A stretch of 32,000 nt of DNA from Candidatus Hadarchaeales archaeon (GCA_038823825.1 JAWBCC010000001.1:240001-272000); one strand, 5' to 3'. Counted from the first letter of the stretch, positions 9,696 through 17,261 are shown. The notes: generated by a model not told the origin, from the letters alone. A program made the numbers and translations.

Positions 9696-10070
9696 TCAGA
9701 ACGAAATACCTATCTCCTTGAAAAAATTTGGAATTCCCCATTTTTGCAGATGCTCAGTCATTGCGCGGTCGATAGTTGCAATATACACCTTCACACCCTC
9801 TTGGGCAAGTCTGCGGGTGCAGACAATCAGAGCAGAGTCGATTGAGTAAAAGCTGTCAAATTTTTTGATTACTTCATGCTTGTGCGGAATCATGTCTATT
9901 GTTCTCGCCGCCGCCCGCAATCCTCTGATATCGGTTTTCACGAGAAAAACATTTTTCTGCTTTAGACTTTTCTTCATCGTTTTTTCTCCAAAAATTTTTT
10001 TCTCCTCTATCTCTGCTTCGTTAAGAATAAAATCGAAAACAACCACAGATGTTTCTATCTTTGGATCCAT
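9696..10070 (-). CDS. Hypothetical protein, possibly PIN-like at the C-terminus
   Basis: 124 aa. The C-terminal segment YSIDSALIVCTRRLAQEGVKVYIATIDRAMTEHLQKWGIPNF resembles the last acidic motifs of PIN domains. The frame stays open upstream of the ATG. Confidence 0.4.
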   Translation of the reverse strand: MDPKIETSVVVFDFILNEAEIEEKKIFGEKTMKKSLKQKNVFLVKTDIRGLRAAARTIDMIPHKHEVIKKFDSFYSIDSALIVCTRRLAQEGVKVYIATIDRAMTEHLQKWGIPNFFKEIGISF

Positions 10071-10348
10071 CAGTTTATTCAGTCTCTCCGTGATGGTTGT
10101 TTTTTTTTGAAAATTGAGATGTGTTCCATCATTTGTGGTCGGAATAGCAGGAAAAGTGCGCAGGAGTCCAAAATTACAAGTGGCTTATTGGACCGCAAGG
10201 TTTCAGGAACAGGAAGTTCAGGAGACCAGTATAATCTTTTCAAGCTTCACCAGAACTATTTGATTTCTCGGTAAATTAAGAAATTTTGCCTATAACCTCC
10301 TCTCTCTACTAGACTCGTGGTTTGCCTTGGAGGTTCCCGGAAAAGAAG

Positions 10349-10510
10349 TTACCAGCCTTCCTCGTCGTAGTACCACTCCATACCCTCGTCTTCTTCTGGT
10401 ATCTCTTCCTCCGGAAACTCCTCTAGGAGCTTTTCGGCTTCCTCCTCTTCCAGGACCTCCTCCTCTTTTTTGATTTTCTTTTTCTTCTTACCGCATTTCC
10501 TTTTGGGCAT
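10349..10510 (-). CDS. Small Lys/Glu block protein (53 aa), function unknown
   Basis: MPKRKCGKKKKKIKKEEEVLEEEEAEKLLEEFPEEEIPEEDEGMEWYYDEEGW. Start refined from the track's 10585 using the TATA box position. Confidence 0.6.
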   Translation of the reverse strand: MPKRKCGKKKKKIKKEEEVLEEEEAEKLLEEFPEEEIPEEDEGMEWYYDEEGW

Positions 10511-10534
10511 CGAAAAATACTCGATTCTTGCACG

Positions 10535-10544
10535 CTTATAAAAG
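10535..10544 (-). promoter_or_regulatory. Strong archaeal TATA box, leaderless arrangement
   Basis: The minus strand reads CTTTTATAAG, centred about 29 nt upstream of the ATG at 10510. Confidence 0.6.
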
Positions 10545-10550
10545 CATTTC

Positions 10551-10811
10551 TCACGGGTCATCCATCCAACTTCTAACACGCACAAAGTCGATCATTAAAT
10601 AAGTCGTGTCATTATCGTTTTCTTTCTGTACATATCTCAATCTTACCTCGCCTCCTTGGAGATATGGCGTGTCAGTAAGCTTGAAATAGTAATTTTCAAG
10701 GGTGCGGGCCCGCAGAATGTCTATCTCTTCCCATATACCAGACGAAAAATTATAGAGGTAGAGGGAAACATTCTCTGAATCTCCGGTTATGTGATATTCA
10801 ATTTGAAGCAT
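10551..10811 (-). pseudogene. Fragment resembling the beta-sandwich tail of an archaeal surface protein
   Basis: MLQIEYHITGDSENVSLYLYNFSSGIWEEIDIL...GGEVRLRYVQKENDNDTTYLMIDFVRV. No signal peptide. The frame is open upstream to about 10980 with no credible start. Confidence 0.4.
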
Positions 10812-11146
10812 ATGGTTATCGGCAGTAGGAATTCCTGTGATTCTTTGCTCGACGTCAAGTCGATATGCTAGCTTTTTTTCGTCAAATTGCGAAAATTCTT
10901 CAAAAATTGCATGGTGCGGCCGGCGAGCATTGGATACTTTCGAAAGTATTGGAAAAAAGGGAAGCGAAGATGAAGATTAATTAGCCTCTTGGATGCTCCT
11001 GCTTTACCTATTCTTTTCAACGTTTGAGAATAAAAACGGGGCAGGTTCAGCTTGCAGAAAACTCTTGGCTGAAGTTTGGATACGATCCCCAGAATAATAG
11101 ATTAGATTAATATATCCACAACCAAAGTTTTCACTCGGAAAGTAAA

Positions 11147-11953
11147 ATGTGTGAACTGTTGGGGATGATATTCAATCAGCCAGTCAGGCCCAATTTATCA
11201 TTTAGAGGGTTCCGGCTTAGGGGGGAGAAAAATCGAGACGGTTGGGGAATTGCCTATTATCCGGATGAGTCAGTCCAGGTAATCAAAGAACCAATACGGG
11301 CAGGCGAAAGTTTATTGTCCGAATTTATAAAAGACTACCCGGAAATAAGGTCCAAAATAATAATTGCCCACGTGAGGTGTACAAGCGGCTCACCTGTGAC
11401 CCACAAAAACACGCATCCCTTCCAGAGGGAATTGGGGGGTAAAGAATTCGTTTTCGCCCATAATGGAACACTTCATAACTACCGGGCGCTGAAAATCGGA
11501 AGATTCAGACCGGTGGGGGAGACCGATTCGGAGCACGCATTTTGCCATATTCTTGCTTCATTAGAGAGCGAAATTGAAGAGGGGAGCCTCGACATCAACA
11601 ATTGGTCCAAGGGAAATTTCAGATGGTTGCATGACAAACTTAGAGAAATCAACAGTTACGGGGATTTCAACTGTCTAATGTCTGATGGAGAATATCTCTT
11701 TTGCTATCATGATATGAGTGGATACAGCGGGCTCTGTTTCGTCCGACGCAAGGCCCCTTTCTGTACGGTTCGTCTGCGAGATGAGGATTTTGAAGTAAAT
11801 CTTGATGCAGAAAAAGACCCATCTCAGAGGGGGTTTATCATAGCGTCGAGAGAGCTGACCTACGAGCGATGGAAGAAATTTGAGCGTGGAGAGCTAATCG
11901 TCTTTAGGAACGGTGATATGGTCTTTTCAAGCGCTAGTCGTGGCATGAGCTAA
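11147..11953 (+). CDS. Class II glutamine amidotransferase (Gn-AT II / YafJ-like)
   Basis: N-terminal Cys2 nucleophile MCELLGMIFNQPV, RGEKNRDGWGIAYY, IIAHVRCTSGSPVTHKNTHPF, FAHNGTLHN, ETDSEHAFCHIL. Confidence 0.88.
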   Translation: MCELLGMIFNQPVRPNLSFRGFRLRGEKNRDGWGIAYYPDESVQVIKEPIRAGESLLSEFIKDYPEIRSKIIIAHVRCTSGSPVTHKNTHPFQRELGGKEFVFAHNGTLHNYRALKIGRFRPVGETDSEHAFCHILASLESEIEEGSLDINNWSKGNFRWLHDKLREINSYGDFNCLMSDGEYLFCYHDMSGYSGLCFVRRKAPFCTVRLRDEDFEVNLDAEKDPSQRGFIIASRELTYERWKKFERGELIVFRNGDMVFSSASRGMS

Positions 11954-12445
11954 ACGCCATTAAAAACGAATCAAAGCTTGGTTATCCCGTCGGAACCCAA
12001 GTGTGTTAGTTCCCTTTCATCCTGAGGTCTTCTCCATCCTTCCTGCAGCCTCTGTGACTTTTCCATTTTAAAAGTATGTTTTGATCACTTCCATCAATGG
12101 ATACTAAATCTCAGAGAATACGATCTCAATGCTGAGATAGCCATTGGGGGGAAAGCTGATGGTTAGCTAATTTCATTTTTGTTTCCAAAACTTAAAGAGC
12201 TGATTGATAGATGGGAAAAAAGGTCAAATTGAATTAGTTTATAATTTTGAAGCTCTAACACTTTGCAATACTGTTAAGGATGTTGTCTTAAGGAGCAACC
12301 TTTATCCAAATTTGAATCTTACCGCCACCGTGACAAACTTCAAATTCCGAACAGAAATCCTTGTAACCCAAATGATTAGGTTGGAGAAGGGTTAAGGCAA
12401 TCCTGGAGGGTTTGGAAATGAACCCACTAAGTTGAAATTGAATGA

Positions 12446-12520
12446 TGCGGCCGGCGGGATTCGAACCCGCGTCACGGGCCCGGGGAGCCCGGGTCTTAGA
12501 CCAGGCTAGACCACGGCCGC
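12446..12520 (-). tRNA. tRNA-Gly (anticodon CCC)
   Basis: 75-nt cloverleaf: acceptor GCGGCCG/CGGCCGC, D arm GTCT..AGAC, anticodon stem CGGGC/GCCCG, loop TCCCCGG, T arm GCGGG-TTCGAAT-CCCGC, discriminator A. Anticodon at 12482..12484. Confidence 0.85.
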
Positions 12521-12544
12521 CAAATTTCAATCATCCTCGATAAT

Positions 12545-13303
12545 CTAAAGTCTTTCGCGCGCAACCTCTGCAAGTTCAGTCTTCGTTAGCAGGCCTACTA
12601 GCTCCTCAGCCGGATTCACGACCGGCAATCCAGAAATTCTCTCCGCCAACATCAGCCTAGCAGCTTCCGCCAGAGTCCAGTCTGTTCTAGCCACCTTCGG
12701 CGGACTCATCACCTCACCAGCAGTCATTGTTCTCACCCTATCAGCTTCTATTTGGACGGTTTTCTCTACGATATCTATCAGAACGATATTTCCGACTAGA
12801 TTCTCCCTCTCCATCACCGGAAGTACCACCAAATCTTCTTCCACCATGGTCTTCCTGCATTGGGGGAGTTTTTCCGCCAATCCGACTGTTCTGGGTCCAG
12901 ACTGCATAACTTCTCCGACAAAAACGTCATCAAAATCGAGGCAAACTTTCGCAAAGTCCAGTTTTGTTATTATTCCGATTCCCTTAGATCCCTCGACAAC
13001 TGGCAGACATCCGATGTTTCTCTCCAACATTATCTCCGCAGCTCTCTTCGCCGTAACGTTAGGGTCAACTGTTATGGGATTTTTAGTCATGATATCTCCA
13101 ACTTGGATCGGTCCCAGAGTACCTTTTCGCGGGATTTCGATTCTCGCGATGTCTTTTTCCGTCAGCACACCCACGAGTTTTTCTCCCTCCACAACAACAA
13201 GTCTGGATATTTTTCTCTCTTTCATGATTCTGACAGCCTCCCCAAGAGAAACACGAGGGTCGATCGTCAGAAGCGGAGAACTCATGATGTCTTTAACTCT
13301 CAT
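12545..13303 (-). CDS. Four-CBS-domain protein
   Basis: MRVKDIMSSPLLTIDP..., VGDIMTKNPITVDPNVT..., VGEVMQSGPRTV..., AGEVMSPPKVARTDWTLAEAARLMLAERISGLPVV. Confidence 0.88.
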   Translation of the reverse strand: MRVKDIMSSPLLTIDPRVSLGEAVRIMKERKISRLVVVEGEKLVGVLTEKDIARIEIPRKGTLGPIQVGDIMTKNPITVDPNVTAKRAAEIMLERNIGCLPVVEGSKGIGIITKLDFAKVCLDFDDVFVGEVMQSGPRTVGLAEKLPQCRKTMVEEDLVVLPVMERENLVGNIVLIDIVEKTVQIEADRVRTMTAGEVMSPPKVARTDWTLAEAARLMLAERISGLPVVNPAEELVGLLTKTELAEVARERL

Positions 13304-13332
13304 TTCTCATCCTCCGAGGAGAAGACAAAAAT

Positions 13333-14232
13333 TCACACCATCAGCCTGAGTATGTCTCTTTCCGTTATTATCCCAACCAACATGTCGTCACTCACGACTG
13401 GCAAACCTCCGCATCCTTTTTCCCTCATCAAAGTTGCAGCCTCTCCTATGTCTGCCTCAGGAGAAATCTTCAAGACATTTCTAGTCATTATTTCCTCAAC
13501 GGGCACCGAGACCACGTCGTCAATTTTCTGACTCATGAGGTATTCGAAAACCTTCCCAGTTCCAAAATATCTCAATATATCCATACTTGTGATGATTCCC
13601 ACAAGCTTTCCGTTTTCCACCACTGGAAGCCGCCTCACATTCCAGTCGATTATTCTCTTCATTACTTCTAAAATCGGATGTGAAGGCTCAACCGTCACAA
13701 CCCTTCTCGTCATATAATACCCAACATTATATCCTGTCCTCTCAGGCAAAAACTTCACAAAATCTCTGTCTGTAACAACCCCAGCTATTTCATTCTTCTC
13801 GTCGGTCAGAATTAGTCCTCCATGTCCACTGCTCAGCAAAAGCCCAGCTGCCTCAGGAATTTTGATGTACATGCTTGCTTTGGGAAAATCTTTCTCCATG
13901 ATCACTCTGACCGGCTCGTTTATCGCCGAGTAAAAGCTCCCTGCAAACTTTTTCTGCACGATTTCATGCTTCTTACCACCACCGAGAAAGCTTATGACGT
14001 CTCTAGATCTCACGATTCCCTCGATTTTCTTAGTGCCAGTCTGCACGATCGGAACTCTTCTTATTTTATTCTTGACCATCAGGCTAACTATCTTCAAAAT
14101 AGGGGTCGTAGATGTAGCAGTAACAACATCTCTATTTGCGATTTTCATCACTTCTCCTTCCTCTCTGTGAAGTCTCGATTTAAACTCCAGAGGCCCCCTG
14201 TCTCCATACCCATACGATGGAATTCTTCTCAA
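13333..14232 (-). CDS. Four-CBS-domain protein
   Basis: ANRDVVTATSTTPILKIVSLMVKNKIRRVPIV, then three more CBS motifs, ending VEEIMTRNVLKISPEADIGEAATLMREKGCGGLPVV...ITERDILRLMV. Confidence 0.88.
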   Translation of the reverse strand: MRRIPSYGYGDRGPLEFKSRLHREEGEVMKIANRDVVTATSTTPILKIVSLMVKNKIRRVPIVQTGTKKIEGIVRSRDVISFLGGGKKHEIVQKKFAGSFYSAINEPVRVIMEKDFPKASMYIKIPEAAGLLLSSGHGGLILTDEKNEIAGVVTDRDFVKFLPERTGYNVGYYMTRRVVTVEPSHPILEVMKRIIDWNVRRLPVVENGKLVGIITSMDILRYFGTGKVFEYLMSQKIDDVVSVPVEEIMTRNVLKISPEADIGEAATLMREKGCGGLPVVSDDMLVGIITERDILRLMV

Positions 14233-14236
14233 TCGA

Positions 14237-15043
14237 TCACCTGCATATCATCTTCAGTATGTCTTCTCTGCTCACTATCCCGACCAGTTCTCCATTTTTC
14301 ACAACTGGTAGCCTTTTAATCTTTCTCTCGAGCATGAGTCTCATCGCTTGTACCACCTCGGAATCCTGCTCAATCGTAACAGCAGGCGATTTCATAACAC
14401 TTCTGACCTTGGTTTTTCTTTCTTTTCTGGATTCTTCCGATAACCTCGCACTACCTTCTCTTATGATGTCGCTTCTAGTTATCATGCCAATAACAATTTT
14501 CTTCCCCCCTCTCACCTCAACAACAGGCACTCCCGAGAAGTGAGATTTTTCCATTATTTCCCAGATTTTTACGATTTCATCCTCCGGGCTGCACACGACA
14601 GGATCTCTTGTCATGATGTCCTCCACCTTGACTTTTAGACTAGAGAGCTCAACCAATCTCTGCATAATATCCTCGGCCCTGATCATCCCGACAATGGTTC
14701 TGTTTGTTTGATCCATCACAACCGGCAACCCGTCAAGCCCAAAATCGATTAGGGCTTTGACTACCCTTTTCAACTCAGTGGCCGGTGTGATCAAAACCGG
14801 CACGATTGACATAATTCCGCTTACAGGTATGTTCGATCTCGTCGAACTTACTCGGAGGATTTCACGCTGAGTGATAATCCCTTCCAGCATACCACCATCG
14901 ACTACTGGCAAGATTCTCCATCCGGTTTCGCGCATTATAGCTCTGGCTTTAGTAACGAGATCTCTCGATCCTACACTGGGAAAAGTTTTAACCATAACTT
15001 CTCTTGCCGTGAGGCCACCAAGTGAGACCCCAGGACTCCTCAA
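14237..15043 (-). CDS. Four-CBS-domain protein
   Basis: TAREVMVKTFPSVGSRDLVTKARAIM, VSGIMSIVPVLITPATELKRVVKALI, VEDIMTRDPVVCSPEDEIVKIWEIM, VRSVMKSPAVTIEQDSEVVQAMRLMLERKIKRLPVV. Confidence 0.88.
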   Translation of the reverse strand: MRSPGVSLGGLTAREVMVKTFPSVGSRDLVTKARAIMRETGWRILPVVDGGMLEGIITQREILRVSSTRSNIPVSGIMSIVPVLITPATELKRVVKALIDFGLDGLPVVMDQTNRTIVGMIRAEDIMQRLVELSSLKVKVEDIMTRDPVVCSPEDEIVKIWEIMEKSHFSGVPVVEVRGGKKIVIGMITRSDIIREGSARLSEESRKERKTKVRSVMKSPAVTIEQDSEVVQAMRLMLERKIKRLPVVKNGELVGIVSREDILKMICR

Positions 15044-15048
15044 ACAAT

Positions 15049-15579
15049 CTACCTTTCTATCTCATCTCTACAGCTTTCACACACCCACATTCCATTGACT
15101 TCGTAAAGGTGAGTAGTAAACTCTCCGCAGATCTCGCAGACACTACCCTCTATTCTCTCACCCGTTGCCATTGGCTGCGTCATGTTTGCCTCCAAGAGCT
15201 CCGGGGAAATTCTCATTATATCCCTCGTTGTTATTATGCCGACCAGCTTTCCACCATCAACCACTGGAAGCCTTCTTATGTGATTTTTAGCCATAACTCT
15301 GACAGCATCAAGCACATCAGTCTCTGGTGTTACAGTAATCACAGGCTTAGACATTATCTTTTTCACTAGAACCTTGCTGGGTCTGAGATCTGTGCTTATC
15401 ACCTTCATCAACAAATCTCTCTCGGTGACTATCCCAATCGGTTTTCCTTTCTGTACGACAACGATGCTGCCAACGCTTCTGCTCGCCATCATCTTCGCAG
15501 CTTTCATCACAGAGCTCTCTGGTCCTATAGTAAGAACGTCTTTCGTCATTATTTCTCCGACGAGCACTCTATTCCTCAT
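15049..15579 (-). CDS. Two-CBS-domain protein with C-terminal zinc ribbon
   Basis: VGEIMTKDVLTIGPESSVMKAAKMMASRSVGSIVVV, VKKIMSKPVITVTPETDVLDAVRVMAKNHIRRLPVV, then CEICGEFTTHLYEVNGMWVCESCRDEIER. Start taken at MRNRVLVGE (track 15678). Confidence 0.88.
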   Translation of the reverse strand: MRNRVLVGEIMTKDVLTIGPESSVMKAAKMMASRSVGSIVVVQKGKPIGIVTERDLLMKVISTDLRPSKVLVKKIMSKPVITVTPETDVLDAVRVMAKNHIRRLPVVDGGKLVGIITTRDIMRISPELLEANMTQPMATGERIEGSVCEICGEFTTHLYEVNGMWVCESCRDEIER

Positions 15580-15610
15580 TGCTCTCAATTTTCTATTTGC
15601 GCAACGAGTT

Positions 15611-15624
15611 ATTATAAATAACTT
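15611..15624. promoter_or_regulatory. Near-palindromic TATA element between divergent CBS operon and rpiA
   Basis: GTTATTATAAATAAC-like sequence sits about 32 nt from the rpiA start and about 37 nt from the CBS gene start. Confidence 0.45.
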
Positions 15625-15647
15625 TCTAATCGATTGTTGATGGTCAG

Positions 15648-16340
15648 ATGTGGGAAGAGTGGAAAAAGTTTGCTGCAACGGCCGCGGTTGAGTTGGTTGA
15701 ACCCGGCATGACGGTCGGTCTCGGTTCTGGAACTACAATGGCTGAAGTTGTTAAAGCTCTTGCCAGGAAGAAAATAAAAGCGAAGTATGTTCCTTCTTCA
15801 GAGCAAATAGCGAAGTTGGCTTCAAGACTCGGTCTGAAGCTCTACGAACTCGGCGGAGAGCTCGACTTAACGATAGACGGCGCGGATGAAATAGATACTT
15901 CCTTCAACATGATTAAAGGCAAGGGTGGTGCGCTGACTCGGGAAAAAATACTGGCTAAAGCCGCAAAAAAAGTCGTAATCGTAGTCGACAGAACGAAACT
16001 CGTGAAGAAACTCGGAAAGAAAAACCCAATCCCAGTCGAAGTCATTCCGTTCTCCCTGCGGTTTACATCCGAAGAAATAAAGAGACTCGGCGGAAAGCCA
16101 GAACTCAGACTCTCTGGTGAAAAACCGTTTGTTACGGACAACGGGAATTATATCCTCGACGTTCGATTTAAAAAAATAACAAATCCGAAAAGCTTGGAGA
16201 AAAAGTTGAATGAAATTCCTGGCGTTGTCGAGAACGGAATTTTTACCGATCTAGCAGATATTGTCATCGTAGGTCACGAAGGCGGCTACGACGTTATCAA
16301 AAGCAAAAGAGAATTCCTCGGATTCTTCAGCAAACTTTAA
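15648..16340 (+). CDS. rpiA: Ribose-5-phosphate isomerase A
   Basis: GMTVGLGSGTTMAEVVKAL, TIDGADEID, IKGKGGALTREKI, FVTDNGNYILDV. Confidence 0.95.
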   Translation: MWEEWKKFAATAAVELVEPGMTVGLGSGTTMAEVVKALARKKIKAKYVPSSEQIAKLASRLGLKLYELGGELDLTIDGADEIDTSFNMIKGKGGALTREKILAKAAKKVVIVVDRTKLVKKLGKKNPIPVEVIPFSLRFTSEEIKRLGGKPELRLSGEKPFVTDNGNYILDVRFKKITNPKSLEKKLNEIPGVVENGIFTDLADIVIVGHEGGYDVIKSKREFLGFFSKL

Positions 16341-16367
16341 GATTTGATGTTTTCGAGATATTTTTGG

Positions 16368-16494
16368 GCCGGGGTAGCTCAGATGGTTAGAGCGTGGGAC
16401 TCATAGCCTACGTCCAATAGGCTGTGAGTGCTGACTTTCGGATGATGGGTGGGAAATCCCAAGGCCGCGGGTTCGAGTCCCGCCCCCGGCACCA
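16368..16494 (+). tRNA. tRNA-Met (CAT, elongator-type) with a 50-nt intron at 37/38 and encoded CCA
   Basis: Exons GCCGGGG TA GCTC AGATGGTTA GAGC G TGGGA CTCATA / A TCCCA AGGCC GCGGG TTCGAGT CCCGC CCCCGGC A CCA. Anticodon at 16402..16404. Intron 16406..16455 bounded by a canonical BHB. Confidence 0.93.
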
Positions 16495-16516
16495 CTCTAT
16501 TGCTTCTTTTTCAGAA

Positions 16517-17008
16517 TTAGTCCCATAGAAATATCACAAATACGGGTATGATCACCCAGATCAACGATCCTGAGGAAACGCCGACTGAGTCTTCCTCGAT
16601 CTCGTTTGTTACCTTCCCCTTAAAGGTGATTCCGTAATATTTAACAATGTTTTCTTCATTTTCAAAACCACAGTTAAAATCAACTCTAAACCAAAATGAT
16701 CCAGAGGACTTCGCTCTGATTGTGACATCTACGACAAAATTTCCTCCTTCTGTGATGAGCACGGTTGTGGGATGATTTATATCTACAACTTTGTTATCGT
16801 TGTTATCCGTAATATGCACTAAGACATTTCTCGAAAAGTTGTTGACAATCGTAATTGGATACGTTATAGTTTGATTCTCCACAAGTTTCAAGTTCAAGCT
16901 GTTTAACTCCGCAGGATATCTGATGCTCAAAGAAGCGCTCACAAGCGTGGAACCCAAAAGCCAAAACAACACGACGATTCCGATAGCACTTTTTCGCATC
17001 TCTTCCAC
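16517..17008 (-). CDS. Predicted exported membrane-anchored protein, unknown function
   Basis: N-terminal hydrophobic signal (SAIGIVVLFWLLGSTLVSA), beta-rich middle (NQTITYPITIVNNFSRNVLVHITDNNDNKV), C-terminal TM SLIWVIIPVFVIFLWD. Confidence 0.65.
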   Translation of the reverse strand: MEEMRKSAIGIVVLFWLLGSTLVSASLSIRYPAELNSLNLKLVENQTITYPITIVNNFSRNVLVHITDNNDNKVVDINHPTTVLITEGGNFVVDVTIRAKSSGSFWFRVDFNCGFENEENIVKYYGITFKGKVTNEIEEDSVGVSSGSLIWVIIPVFVIFLWD

Positions 17009-17030
17009 TAAAACTCAGAAATCGACATTT

Positions 17031-17261
17031 TTAAAGGTTATACCAAAATTTCGTTATCGCTTTCTTGATCGTTCCGGACACTCCGAGAACTTCACAGCCA
17101 CGCTCTACGAGTTCTTTTCTTATCCGTGGGAGGTCCAAATGTCGACATCTGATAACAACCCCGTTGGCTGGAAGTTTTCTGATTATCTCGCATCCAACTA
17201 TACCCTCAATTATTTCTGGTTTACCACGCACGACTATGTATCTTCTTCTTTCTCTACGCAA
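17031..17261 (-). CDS. Small conserved-looking hypothetical protein (76 aa)
   Basis: Overlaps and follows the exosome-subunit gene: [76 protein letters not shown]. Confidence 0.5.
   Translation of the reverse strand: MRRERRRYIVVRGKPEIIEGIVGCEIIRKLPANGVVIRCRHLDLPRIRKELVERGCEVLGVSGTIKKAITKFWYNL

Noticed and set aside
10081-10120. Poly-T run upstream of the PIN-like ORF, considered as a sequencing frameshift or terminator
   Set aside because: It lies on the plus strand with no plus-strand gene ending there, and the upstream minus-strand frame does not add PIN N-terminal motifs. There is insufficient evidence either way.
12204-12530. ORFs 12204..12395 (+) and 12288..12530 (-)
   Set aside because: The minus-strand ORF runs through tRNA-Gly. 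The plus-strand one is short, without an RBS or recognisable motif, so it was left uncalled.
12846-13531. Plus-strand ORFs of 167 and 223 aa opposite the CBS genes, plus 14217..14543 and 15022..15369
   Set aside because: Shadow ORFs opposite convincing CBS-domain genes, with no family features.
12545-15579. The CBS array considered as a repeat expansion artefact
   Set aside because: The individual CBS units share only family-level motifs (IMT, V..V, I..RDI) and clearly differ in sequence, so they are old, diverged domains rather than assembly duplication.
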